A stretch of 60,949 nucleotides of DNA, filler included. It is 8 parts of 8 records of this genome, joined end to end, with 100 filler letters (N's around TTAATTAATTAA, not from the genome) between each part and the next. Parts side by side here need not be neighbours in the genome. Positions count along the whole stretch, not along the records: positions 1 to 6,397 come from SRR31147125_35797; positions 6,498 to 13,031 come from SRR31147125_35803; 6 more parts are not named here. One strand, given 5' to 3'. The position numbers and the translations under genes were made by a program. Shown here piece after piece: positions 1-9,982 of the stretch. The notes beneath the pieces are model-generated. The model was not told the origin of the DNA and ran no database searches. It saw only the letters and a program-made list of their open reading frames with translations. Position 1 is the stretch's first letter. Every line of letters begins with the position of its first letter.

Positions 1-47
1 TTTTTTTGGCATTGTTTTCCCCGCGGAAGTGACGTTTCAAAATTGCA

Positions 48-76
48 TTGACGTTTTCAGAATGCTAATTTATCAT
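48..76 (+). promoter_or_regulatory. sigma70-type promoter for modABC
   Basis: TTGACG (48-53), 17-nt spacer, TATCAT (71-76), about 80 nt upstream of the modA start. Confidence 0.55.
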
Positions 77-157
77 GCAGCGTATTATAAATCAAGTATC
101 AGAGGATCCTGGGGGTATCAGGTCCCGGTTGAAAATGAAGCTGAAAAGGAGCATAAA

Positions 158-930
158 ATGAAAATTCAAAAATGGTTTATCGTCCTGGCCCAGGTTATCT
201 GTTTTACTTTGGCAGGGGGGCGGCATGGGCCGCAGGACCCCAGAAGATTATTGTCTTTGCCGCCGCATCCACCACCAATGCTGTGACCGAGATCGCAGCA
301 CTTTTTGAAGCCGAAAACGGGGCCAAGGTCAGCCTTTCCTTTGCTTCTTCCTCCACTCTGGCCAAGCAGATTGAACAGGGTGCGCCTGCGGATGTCTATC
401 TGTCAGCCAATCCCAAATGGATGAATTACCTGGAGAAACAGGGGATGATTTTCACCGATTCCAGAAAGGATCTTCTGGGCAACCGCATCGTCCTTATTGC
501 GCCGGGTGCAAGCCCCATGGAAAACCTGGCTGTGGACAAAAACATGGACCTGGGGGCCCTGCTCGGTGACGGGCGCCTGGCCATGGGAGACCCGGATCAT
601 GTGCCTGCCGGTATGTACGGCAAAAAGGCCATGGAAAATCTGGGGCTGTGGAAGGCCGTTGAAAAGAAAATTGCCCGGGCAAAGGATGTGAGAGCCGCCC
701 TTGTCCTGGTGGAGCGGGAAGAGGCTCCCCTGGGACAGGTTTATGCCACAGATGCGGCCATCAGTAAAAAAGTGAAAATCGCAGGGGTTTTTCCTGAATC
801 CTGCCATCCCAAAATTGTCTATCCCGTTGCCATGGTCAAAAAGAGCGACACAGCCGCAGCCTTCCTTGGGTTCCTGGGGGCTTCAAAGGCCGGGCAGGTT
901 TTTGAAAAATACGGGTTCAGCCTGAGGTAA
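158..930 (+). CDS. modA: Molybdate ABC transporter periplasmic binding protein (frameshift in the G-run at ~215-220)
   Basis: AAGGAG RBS and ATG at 158 give a signal peptide MKIQKWFIVLAQVICFTLAG that joins AAWAAGPQ in the 172..930 frame. Motifs FAAAS, ASSSTLAKQIEQGAPAD, HVPAGMYG, VYATDA. Confidence 0.93.
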
Positions 931-1628
931 TGGCAGGTTTCGGTCTCACCCCTGTGGAATGGGAGGCCATCTGGCTCAGCCTCAAGGTGTCCGGCCTGGC
1001 CGTTGCCGTCAGTCTGCCACCGGGCATTATTGCCGCCTTTGTGCTGTCCCGGTACAGGTTTGCCGGCAAGGGGCTCATTGACGGGTTCCTCCACCTGCCC
1101 CTGGTCCTTCCGCCTGTGGTCACAGGATACCTGCTTCTGGTCCTTCTGGGCAGAAAAGGACTGGTGGGGGCATGGCTATACAACACCCTGGGAATCAGCC
1201 TGGCCTTTACCTGGAAGGGGGCGGCAGTGGCTGCGGCGGTCATGGCCTTTCCCCTTCTGGTCCGTGCGGTCCGGCTTTCCGTGGATGCCGTTGACCAGGG
1301 CCTGGAAGCGGCGGCCCGGACCCTGGGGGCCGGCCCTTTGCGAATCTTTTTTACCGTGACCCTCCCCCTGATGGTGCCGGGTATTATCGCCGGCACCATC
1401 CTGGCCTTTGCCCGGAGTCTGGGGGAATTCGGGGCCACCATCACCTTTGTTTCCAATATCCGCGGGGAAACCCAGACCCTGCCCCTGGCACTTTATTCCC
1501 TGACCCAGGTCCCTGACGGGGAAGCCGGGGCCCTGCGGCTCTGTATCATTGCCGTGGTTGTGGCCATGGCCGCCCTCATGGTGTCCGAATGGCTTTCCCG
1601 GCGGTTTGAAGCCCGGATGAAAGGATGA
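930..1628 (+). CDS. modB: Molybdate ABC transporter permease
   Basis: LPLVLPPVVTG, EAA loop (LEAAARTLGA), FARSLGEFGATI; follows modA. Confidence 0.95.
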   Translation: MAGFGLTPVEWEAIWLSLKVSGLAVAVSLPPGIIAAFVLSRYRFAGKGLIDGFLHLPLVLPPVVTGYLLLVLLGRKGLVGAWLYNTLGISLAFTWKGAAVAAAVMAFPLLVRAVRLSVDAVDQGLEAAARTLGAGPLRIFFTVTLPLMVPGIIAGTILAFARSLGEFGATITFVSNIRGETQTLPLALYSLTQVPDGEAGALRLCIIAVVVAMAALMVSEWLSRRFEARMKG

Positions 1629-2302
1629 GTGCCATGCTGAGTGTGGATGTGACAAAACAGATGGGCAATTGCCGGATTGAGGCCGCTTTTTCTGCCCGGG
1701 GCCGGAAGGTGACCGCCCTGTACGGGCCGTCAGGGGTGGGCAAGACCTCCATTATCAATATGGTGGCAGGCCTTGCCCGGCCGGACAGGGGGAGGATATC
1801 CATGGGCGAGCACTGTCTTTTTGACCGGGAAAAATCCATTGATATCCCCCCCCATAAACGGCGGGTGGGGTATGTCTTTCAGGAGGCCCGCCTTTTTCCC
1901 CATATGACGGTGAAATCCAACCTGACTTATGGGATGGCCCTTTTAAAGGCTTCCCAGCGTTTTGTCCGCCTGGACCAGGTGGTGGGCCTTCTGGGTATAG
2001 AACATCTTCTGGACCGGCGTCCGGCCAGGCTTTCAGGCGGGGAAAAACAGCGGGTGGCCATCGGCCGGGCCCTCTTGTGCAGCCCGGATATTCTGCTCAT
2101 GGACGAACCCCTGGCCTCTCTGGACGCCGCCAGAAAGTCCGAGGTCCTTCCCTTTATCCAGCGTCTGGTTACGGATTTTTCCGTGCCTGTCCTTTATGTG
2201 AGCCATGCCATGGATGAAATCGCCTGCCTGGCGGATGAAATTGTCTGTCTGGAGAGGGGCCGGGTGGCCTATGCCGGTCCCCTGGAAGGGTTCAGGAACT
2301 AA
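1625..2302 (+). CDS. modC: Molybdate ABC transporter ATPase (short form without TOBE domain)
   Basis: Walker A GPSGVGKT, VGYVFQEARLFPH, LSGGEKQRVAIGRAL, LLMDEPLASLD; ATGA overlap with modB. Confidence 0.93.
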   Translation: MSAMLSVDVTKQMGNCRIEAAFSARGRKVTALYGPSGVGKTSIINMVAGLARPDRGRISMGEHCLFDREKSIDIPPHKRRVGYVFQEARLFPHMTVKSNLTYGMALLKASQRFVRLDQVVGLLGIEHLLDRRPARLSGGEKQRVAIGRALLCSPDILLMDEPLASLDAARKSEVLPFIQRLVTDFSVPVLYVSHAMDEIACLADEIVCLERGRVAYAGPLEGFRN

Positions 2303-2314
2303 GAGGAGGGCCAA

Positions 2315-2625
2315 ATGAAATTTTGACCATTTACGGCTCCTTTATACGCTTCATGCCCTTCAGATGGTCGGTTTATTCTTATTGACCGTTCTCTCCCCCC
2401 ATGTGGACAGGGCCCCTTCCATCAGCAGTGCGGCCTTGGCGCCGGACCTTGGGGACCTTGAAAATCGACTGGTGGCGTGCCATAATGCAGAACAGCTTAT
2501 ATCCTATAAAAAAGTACAATGGAAAAATTGGACCATTAACCCCGGCCATGGCCGATGCCGCCGTGGATGAGCTTAAATCCTTTATCCGGCCGGGACGGAA
2601 CATTATTGAACCCGGCGGTTTTTAA
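2315..2625 (+). CDS. Possible small hypothetical protein, frameshifted
   Basis: GAGGAGG RBS before ATG 2315, but a stop after three codons; overlapping short ORFs 2364-2570 and 2401-2625; no recognisable motif. Confidence 0.25.
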
Positions 2626-2647
2626 ACCCACTGATAGGAAGCGGCAT

Positions 2648-3567
2648 ATGAATGAGATAGAAGATGATGGGATAACTACCAGAGAAGATCCCAATCAGAA
2701 AATGAGCCGGGAGGAAATCATTAAAGCGGTGACCGAGTCGGGGTATGAACCCTCGACCGAAAAGCGGTTTTTGGTGATCCCTTCCCCGGGTGCCGAAAAA
2801 GTGGATTTCGAGGAACTGCTAAACGGCCTGGATTTTGCGAAGGATTCCAAACGATATGAAATCCTAAAGACCTATTGCAATGAAAAAAACGCCTCCCTCA
2901 TAGACATCAAAACCCTGATCCATAGAGTTGAGCACCTGAACCCCGAACAGCTGGATACCCTTGAATTGATTTGCCGGCGCCGGGAGTTCTCCGCAAAAAA
3001 TATCCTGGATGTCATTCAATCCATAAAAAAAATCGGAAAGACCAAACTGCTTGCCCTTCGTGCTTTTGTGGAACTGGACCGGGTCGGGCCGGGCCCCCTA
3101 AACCGGTTTTTTTCACAGATATTGCCCCAGGGCACCTCCCGGGAAATGGGCCAGGAAGCGTACGAACAAGCGCTTCGGGAAAAGGCCATGCGTTCCGACC
3201 AGGTGGATGCCTTTTACATCCTGTGCACCGAAATCCCGGGTATTTCCCATGGCCACGCCATATCCCTCCTCTCAAAGGTCAGGCATTTCAGTTTGCAGCA
3301 TACCCGGTTCATCAGCAAGTTCCTGAAGGCCGGTGCCTGTTTTGGGGATACCCATATTACCGATGACAATATCGTCGGCCTGATCAATCTGCTTCAAAGC
3401 CTTCCTGAATTAAACGATTCAGAACGGTTTAACAAGATGGTCAAAAAAATGTCCCGGAAGCCGGAAAACCAAAAAAAGATTTTAAGTATCTTATCCGGGC
3501 CTTCAGGGATGAGGTGGAAAGCGAACGGCGTCCTGGTTTCGGTATTCGAAGCCTGTTTAAGGGCTGA
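2648..3567 (+). CDS. Hypothetical helical-repeat protein, paralog 1 (frameshift in the A-run at ~3471-3477)
   Basis: Starts MNEIEDD at 2648. Correcting the A-run gives KKDFKYLIRAFRDEVESERRPGFGIRSLFKG-stop (TGA 3565-3567), collinear with paralog 2. Confidence 0.8.
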
Positions 3568-3613
3568 CCTTGCAATACTTGGGGCAAATATAAACCACCC
3601 TTGGGAGCAGCAT

Positions 3614-4535
3614 ATGAGTAATATCCATAAGAACAGCCCACAGAGGAACCCCAAGCGGAAGATGACCCGCGAGGAAATCATAAAAGCGGTGACAGAGCCG
3701 GGACAAGAGGAGGTGAAAAAAGAGGGTGCTGGTGATCCCGTCGCTGGGTGATGAAAAGGTCGATTTTAGGCAGATCGCCCAGGGGCTGAATGTGGAGCCG
3801 GATTCCGTTCGGTATGAGATTTTAAAGAATCTGTGCGAGGGGAAGAGTGCCACCCTTAGCGATATTAAGGTGATGATTCACCGCATGGAGGATCTGAACG
3901 CCGAACAACTCGCTATTATCAAGGCGGTCTGCCAGGCAAAGGGGTTTTCCGCCAAAAACATCCTGGAAGCGGTCCTGTCCGTTAAACGGTTTGGAAAGGA
4001 TAGACTGCTTATCCTTCGCGCCTTTGTGGACCTCAAAGACCTCGGCCCGGGAACGCTGAACCGTTTTTTCACCACAGCATTGCCCCAGGGCAGTCCCAAG
4101 GAGGTGGGCAAGGAGGCGTACGAAAAAGAGCTGAAGGAAAAACACATACGGTCTGATCAGGCAACGGTGTTCTACAATATCTGCTACGGGATCAAAGGGA
4201 CAACCCCTGGTACGGCCATCCAGGCCCTGCCTAAGATCAGGCTGCTCAAGGCCCAGCACGCCCTGTTTTTAAATACCTTTCTCAAGGAGTTTTCCGTTTT
4301 CGGAAAAAAGCCCATAAACAACGAGACCATCCTGGGGCTGCTTAATCTTGTTTTGACCCTGCCGGAACTGCAGGATGTCAAACGATTCCGCAAACTGGTC
4401 AAAAAATTATCTAAAAAGCCAGAGGACAAGAAAAACGATTTTAAATTTCTTGTTTTTGCCTTTAAAGCAGAGATCCAAGCCGAAAAGGCACCCAGCGGCG
4501 GGCTTGTCGCCGGTATTAAAAAAATATTGGGCTGA
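3614..4535 (+). CDS. Hypothetical helical-repeat protein, paralog 2 (frameshift in the A-run at ~3716-3721)
   Basis: GGAG then ATG 3614 (MSNIHK...KMTREEIIKAVTE) joins LVIPSLGDEKVDF of ORF 3726..4535; aligns end to end with paralog 1. Confidence 0.82.
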
Positions 4536-4551
4536 GGCTTAAACCTAATTT

Positions 4552-4584
4552 TCACCATGAAGGACATCCTGTCCTTCATGGTGA
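4552..4584. terminator. Perfect 15-bp hairpin between convergent genes
   Basis: TCACCATGAAGGACA-TCC-TGTCCTTCATGGTGA. Confidence 0.7.
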
Positions 4585-4601
4585 TGAAAACAAGTTTAGG
4601 A

Positions 4602-6353
4602 TCAGTCCAAGTTCCCCCAGGAAAGGTCAAAGGCCTGGTCGTGCTGGTCCAGGTTGGTGATGACCAGGGATGGCATGATCCATGCCTGGCCGCTGTAATC
4701 GTTGGCCTGGGCCACCTTGATCACGGGAAAGGCGGTCTGGCGGGCAATATTTTTCACCGTCAGAAACCGGGTGGAATTTTCCCCTTCAGGAAACCGGGTA
4801 AAGGCCAGGTGGTTGACATTATTGTGCAGGGCGGACTTTTTATAGTTTTCAAACTCGTCCATCTTATAGACCCTGCCGGGAACGATTTCCATCTGGGCGG
4901 GGCACCTGGTGTCCACATCCACTGAAACAAAATAGCGGTGGTCTTCAAAGCTGATCTCATACCCGTCATAGAGGGTGTATACATTGCCCAGCAGGGTGAT
5001 CAGTTTTTCAAAATGGTCGATTTTTTTGGCATACCGTTCCCCTTCCGGGTTTTTCCCCACATGGCGGTATTCGGCCATGAAGAGGCAGTGCTCGGGCAGG
5101 ATGGTCAGTTCATCCTTGTTGAACTCTTTCAGGATATGCCGCTTAATGGCGGCCCGGACTTTTTCGGACTTGGTGGGGCGTCCGGACACCAGGAAATAGA
5201 TGCCGGAAAGCTCTTTTTCCCGGCGCCACTCATTGAGCAGGGCCGCCTGCTTAGTGCAGAGCAGTTCCAGAAACCGTGAAAAATCCTTTTTAATGAACCG
5301 GTCGCTTTCCCACCAGGGGCCGTTCTCTTCGGGGCTCCGGGTCTGGGCATAGGTTTCTGCAAAATATTCCCCGGCCTTTCTTTCGGAAAAGGATTCTTTG
5401 CGCTTCAGGGCTGTGGTAATGCCCAGGGCGTCGTCCTGGAAGGTATTGGTCAGCAATATGCTCACATCAGTGGTCAATCCGCCGATATCGATATGGCAGA
5501 CCACAAAGTTCATTTCATCATTTCCCTGGTCGTGGTAGGGGGACTGGGAAAAGAGGAAATTCACCTCTTTGAGGTCCGGCATCCGGTCCTTTTGGGAAGA
5601 AAGCTCCCAAAAGGGCATGAGCTTGATCAGGTTTAAAAAGTAAAGCTCACAGGCCCCGCTTTCATCCGCAGAAATATTGACAAAGGTTTTGCGCAGATGC
5701 CTCAGATCCGAGGGGAAAAGCCATTTCCATTTTCTGTGGATGGCAAGATCCATGCAGACCGAATAGATATTTTCCCTGTACCCCTCCCTCAGATTTTCAA
5801 TAAAAAGGTCGGGCACGGTGACCCGGATTTCGGTGATGACCGGAATGGCAGGACCGTTCCAGGGCCGGGTTTTGTCCGGGGCCGTAATATACTTGAAGCT
5901 TTCTTCGAGGATTTTTTTGATATAGAGCTTAAACTGGGGCACATCCCCTTTATAGGCGGCGAATTTGGTGGCAAATGCATATTTGGCGCTTTTAACCACC
6001 TGGCTGTTGCTGACGTTGTTTTCCCCCATGTCGGGCACAAAGGCAAAGTCCCGTTCATCCCCGGAGGGCGGGTTGATAAATGCCGACGGGAACCCGCCCT
6101 GGGCATCGGTATCCCCGTGGACCACATATTGCCAGGAATCGGTGATCTTATCCCGGCCGAAACTGCAGGGCCAGCAGAGCACCGAGGTCCTATAGGATCC
6201 AAAGTCCACAAATAGGATGTACTCCTCGTGGTTATTGGTATCCCTGGGGGTCCGTCCGGCAATGGTTTCGTAGTAGAGTTTGCCGTCATCCTCCAGTTCC
6301 AGCTGGAACTGGTCCACTTCCTTATTTTTTCGCTTAAACAGGTTAAACAGCAT
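4602..6353 (-). CDS. Actin/Hsp70-superfamily ATPase, SrfB-like
   Basis: Phosphate-1 ILFVDFGSYRTSV, TVPD, connect-1 ADESGAC, phosphate-2 HIDIGGLTTDVS, adenosine-region LVSGRPTK; AGGAG RBS upstream. Confidence 0.72.
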   Translation of the reverse strand: MLFNLFKRKNKEVDQFQLELEDDGKLYYETIAGRTPRDTNNHEEYILFVDFGSYRTSVLCWPCSFGRDKITDSWQYVVHGDTDAQGGFPSAFINPPSGDERDFAFVPDMGENNVSNSQVVKSAKYAFATKFAAYKGDVPQFKLYIKKILEESFKYITAPDKTRPWNGPAIPVITEIRVTVPDLFIENLREGYRENIYSVCMDLAIHRKWKWLFPSDLRHLRKTFVNISADESGACELYFLNLIKLMPFWELSSQKDRMPDLKEVNFLFSQSPYHDQGNDEMNFVVCHIDIGGLTTDVSILLTNTFQDDALGITTALKRKESFSERKAGEYFAETYAQTRSPEENGPWWESDRFIKKDFSRFLELLCTKQAALLNEWRREKELSGIYFLVSGRPTKSEKVRAAIKRHILKEFNKDELTILPEHCLFMAEYRHVGKNPEGERYAKKIDHFEKLITLLGNVYTLYDGYEISFEDHRYFVSVDVDTRCPAQMEIVPGRVYKMDEFENYKKSALHNNVNHLAFTRFPEGENSTRFLTVKNIARQTAFPVIKVAQANDYSGQAWIMPSLVITNLDQHDQAFDLSWGNLD

Positions 6354-6397
6354 GGGAATTCTCCTTATGGCGTCTTTCCAGAAGGGTGTAATCCCCC

Positions 6398-6497
6398 NNN
6401 NNNNNNNNNNNNNNNNNNNNNNNNNNNNNNNNNNNNNNNNNTTAATTAATTAANNNNNNNNNNNNNNNNNNNNNNNNNNNNNNNNNNNNNNNNNNNN
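6398..6497. other. Artificial contig spacer; identical spacers at 13032-13131, 21047-21146, 33761-33860, 39943-40042, 46580-46679 and 52312-52411
   Basis: N44-TTAATTAATTAA-N44 (stops in all six frames); base composition and gene context change across spacers. Confidence 0.98.
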
Positions 6498-7388
6498 AGA
6501 GAGGCTAAGAAATACGGTATCGAAGTAAATGTTATTGATGCGAATAATGACCTTCAGGCGATGGCAGAAGGAATCGAAAATGCAATTAACCAAAAAGTTG
6601 ATGCAATTCTGACATCACATGGTAAGAGCGATGCTTTGCAACCTTCTATTGAAAAAGCTCTAAGAGCTGGTATTCCTGTTATTGTATTTGATAATGATTT
6701 TGAAGTTCCTGACGATGTTAAACCTGGAATGTTAGTAAGTATTGACCAATACGACCTAATGCTGGGACTGCTTTCACAAATGGCTCTTGTAAACCATGTA
6801 GATGGTGCTGCAAATGTTGTATATAACAGGCTTGCAAACGTACCACCAACAGATAAAAGGCATCGCATCTGGGAAGGTGCTATCATACCTACATTCCCTG
6901 ATATTAATGTAGTAAATACAATTGATCTAGGTACTGATGGCGTTATGGCTAAGTCACAAGCTGCATTGGAAGCAATTCTTGATGCTGATAAAGATGAAAA
7001 AATTGATGCTGTATATGGTGTTTGGGATGAGTATGCTAAAGGATTCTATAATGCAATCGTTGCTTCTGGCAGAAAAATACCTCTATTCTCTGTTGATATC
7101 TCAGACCAAGATATAGCTATGATGCAGGCTAACCCTGATATTTGGGTGGCTTCTGCAGGTGTTGATCCGGCTGTTATTGGTATTGTACAGGTTAGACTGG
7201 CGATGAAGGCTATAGCTGGTGATAAACTTCCTCGCTATTATCACCTTACTCCAGTTCTTGTAAAATCTGCTGACCTACCTTCTATTAAAGAAAGACCTGT
7301 AAGAATGGCTGATCTATCAGAATTCTATGACAACTGGGGGTCAACTACTGAATTTATCGAACCTTGGATGGAGAAGCTTGCTAAGTAA
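6498..7388 (+). CDS. Sugar ABC transporter substrate-binding protein, RbsB-like (5' truncated); probable methylthioribose/5-deoxyribose
   Basis: IENAINQKVDAIL, AGIPVIVFD, WDEYAKG, SVDISDQD; upstream of mtnK-mtnA. Confidence 0.85.
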   Translation, partial: REAKKYGIEVNVIDANNDLQAMAEGIENAINQKVDAILTSHGKSDALQPSIEKALRAGIPVIVFDNDFEVPDDVKPGMLVSIDQYDLMLGLLSQMALVNHVDGAANVVYNRLANVPPTDKRHRIWEGAIIPTFPDINVVNTIDLGTDGVMAKSQAALEAILDADKDEKIDAVYGVWDEYAKGFYNAIVASGRKIPLFSVDISDQDIAMMQANPDIWVASAGVDPAVIGIVQVRLAMKAIAGDKLPRYYHLTPVLVKSADLPSIKERPVRMADLSEFYDNWGSTTEFIEPWMEKLAK

Positions 7389-7418
7389 ATTTGTTGGTAA
7401 TTAATATTTGAAAAGTTT

Positions 7419-7443
7419 CCGGGAGGAATTGACTTCCTCCCGG
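7419..7443 (+). terminator. Intercistronic hairpin after the binding-protein gene
   Basis: CCGGGAGGAA-TTGAC-TTCCTCCCGG. Confidence 0.6.
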
Positions 7444-7462
7444 GTCTTAGTAAAGGAAGCAA

Positions 7463-8969
7463 ATGGACAATGATGTTGGTCTTAAAATGAGGGGTATCTC
7501 AAAGTATTTTCCAGGTGTTACCGCTCTAGAAAGTGTAGACTTGACAGTGTCGAGTGGTGAAGTACATGCTTTGGTCGGGGCGAACGGTGCAGGAAAAAGC
7601 ACTTTGATGAAGATCTTGAGTGGAGCTTATCAAAAATCAGAGGGTGAGGTAATACTTGAAGGAAAAGAAGTTGATATCACTTCACCGCAAGAAGCAATGC
7701 AACATGGAATCGTAACAGTATATCAAGAGGTTGACGTGGCAATTGTGCCATCATTAAGTGTTGCAGAGAACATTATGATGAATCACATAGCAATTGATCA
7801 GCCTAGCGTCTTTATGAATTGGAAAAATATAAAAAGTTCCGCTGCAGAATCATTAAAAGAAGTTGGTATTGATATCGATATAAATCAATTTGCTGGTGAA
7901 CTTACATTAGCTGAAAAACAACTTATGGTTATTGCAAGAGCAGTCCATCAAAAAGCAAAGTTTTTAATTCTTGATGAACCAACAGCCTCTCTTAGTTTGG
8001 AAGAGTGTACTACTTTGTTTTCAATAGTAACCAGACTCAGTAAGCAAGGTGTTGGGGTGATCTTTATCTCACATAGATTAGATGAGATCTTTGATAACTG
8101 TCAAAGAATTACAGTATTAAAAGATGGCAAACTTGTAGGTGATTATGATATAAATAATGAAACAATTGATAGCATCGTAGAAAAAATGCTAGGTAAAAAA
8201 ATGCAGAATGCGTTTCCACCAGTTAGTACTTCACAAGAAGGTGTTTTGCTGAGTGTTGAAAATTTAAGTGGGGAAGGTGGTATAAAGAATGTAAGTTTTT
8301 CAGTCAATAAAGGAGAAATTATTGGCATTGGAGGACTCGTAGGAGGAGGTAAGACCGAACTACTGAAACTGTTATTTGGTGTCACTGAGAAAGAGTGTGG
8401 GACTATAACTTTGAATGATGAAACCATTATCAATATTAACCCAACCCAAGCAATTATGAATAAATTTGCGCTAGTGCCTGAGGAAAGAAGAAAAGAAGGT
8501 GTGCTGGTTAATGAATCAATTGAAACGAATATCACACTCCCTACACTTGCAAAATTCTGCAACGGTAGCATTCTTGAATAGAAGAATGATAAATAAAAAA
8601 TCTCGTCATACTATTGATATAGCGGCAATTAAAACATCAAATGAGAGACAGTTAGTTGGTAACCTTAGTGGTGGTAATCAACAGAAGGTAGCAATAGCTA
8701 AGTGGCTGATATCTGATGCTGATATTTATCTATTTGACGAACCGACAAAAGGTGTAGATGTTGGGTCTAAATATGAAATTTACTCGCTTATAATTGAACT
8801 TGCAAAAATGGGTAAGGGTATTATATATGCTTCATGCGAATTTGATGAGATACTAGGCCTGAGCAATCGTGCATATATTATGTATAGTGGAAAGATAAGT
8901 AAACCGTTTGTTACCAAAGAGACAAATGAAGAAGAATTGTTATTATACTCAACAGGTGGAATGAAATAA
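7463..8969 (+). CDS. Sugar ABC transporter ATPase, RbsA/MglA type with two NBDs (frameshift at ~8575)
   Basis: GANGAGKSTLMKIL, LILDEPT, VPEERRKEG, LSGGNQQK, FDEPTKGVDVG. Confidence 0.92.
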
Positions 8970-8970
8970 G

Positions 8971-9978
8971 ATGAATGATAAAAAGTTAGTTGTAAAAGCA
9001 AAACCATTTAGTATCTTCGACTTTCTGTACAAATATGGAACAATATTGACCGTAATCTTAGTTATAGTATATTTTTCTTTGACAGTAGAGAACTGGGCAA
9101 CATTTTCTAATATAACAAATATTTTTAGATCTGTAGCAATTGTGTCACTTATTGCCTTGGCTATTACGTTCTCACTGGCTGTAAACGGATTTGATCTTTC
9201 TGCCGCAGCTATAGCTAGTTTTTCTGCAGTGATCGCTGCAAAAATTATGATTGTGTGGGATATGCCACCAGCATTGGCTGTAGTAGTGCCAATTCTTGTT
9301 GGTGCTGGTATGGGCACAGTAAATTCATTGTTTATTATCAAAGTTGGTATATCTGATATGTTGACCACCCTGTCTATGATGTTTATTGTTACTGGTGTTT
9401 CAACAACTTTTCAAGGTGGTTCAGCAATTTATAACTACATGCCAATGCTTGAGGGTGGAGTTGCGCCTGGTCTAATGCCTGAAGGATTTAAATTTATTGG
9501 ACAGGGACGTTTCTTGAGTGTACCTGTTCCAATATATATTATGATATTTATAACTATTTGCGTACATATATTTCTTAATAGAACTAAGTATGGTCGCTAC
9601 CTGCATATGATTGGTGGTAATGAAGAAGCAGCGAGACTCTGTGGCATCCCTACGAAAAAGTATCGTGCTCTTGCATATGTATTATCAGGTATTATTGCGT
9701 CAATCGCTGGTGTAATCCTCTGTGCTAGACTCGGATCAGGTGAGGTAAACGCTGCTGGATCATACTTGATGGACGCAGTAGCAGCAGCATTTATTGGTTT
9801 CTCAGTATTGGGAATAGGCAAAGCTAACGCTTTTGGAACATTACTTGGTGCGTTATTGGTTGGTATACTAGTAAATGGTTTAGTTATGATGAGTTTCCCT
9901 TATTACGCTCAGGACATTGTGAAAGGCATTGTATTAATCTTAGGATTGGGGTTAACCTATTATAAAAAACGAGGATAG
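8971..9978 (+). CDS. Sugar ABC transporter permease, RbsC type
   Basis: GFDLS, TKYGRYLHMIGGNEEAARLCGI; multiple hydrophobic segments. Confidence 0.92.
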   Translation: MNDKKLVVKAKPFSIFDFLYKYGTILTVILVIVYFSLTVENWATFSNITNIFRSVAIVSLIALAITFSLAVNGFDLSAAAIASFSAVIAAKIMIVWDMPPALAVVVPILVGAGMGTVNSLFIIKVGISDMLTTLSMMFIVTGVSTTFQGGSAIYNYMPMLEGGVAPGLMPEGFKFIGQGRFLSVPVPIYIMIFITICVHIFLNRTKYGRYLHMIGGNEEAARLCGIPTKKYRALAYVLSGIIASIAGVILCARLGSGEVNAAGSYLMDAVAAAFIGFSVLGIGKANAFGTLLGALLVGILVNGLVMMSFPYYAQDIVKGIVLILGLGLTYYKKRG

Positions 9979-9982
9979 TATT

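Noticed and set aside
79..157. ModE box or Moco riboswitch upstream of modA
   Set aside because: Only a weak half-match to the ModE palindrome, and no recognisable Moco RNA core apart from a purine-rich RBS.
2555..3751. 398-aa ORF as listed in the track
   Set aside because: It is a chimera: a frameshift near 3475 reads through into the N-terminus of paralog 2.
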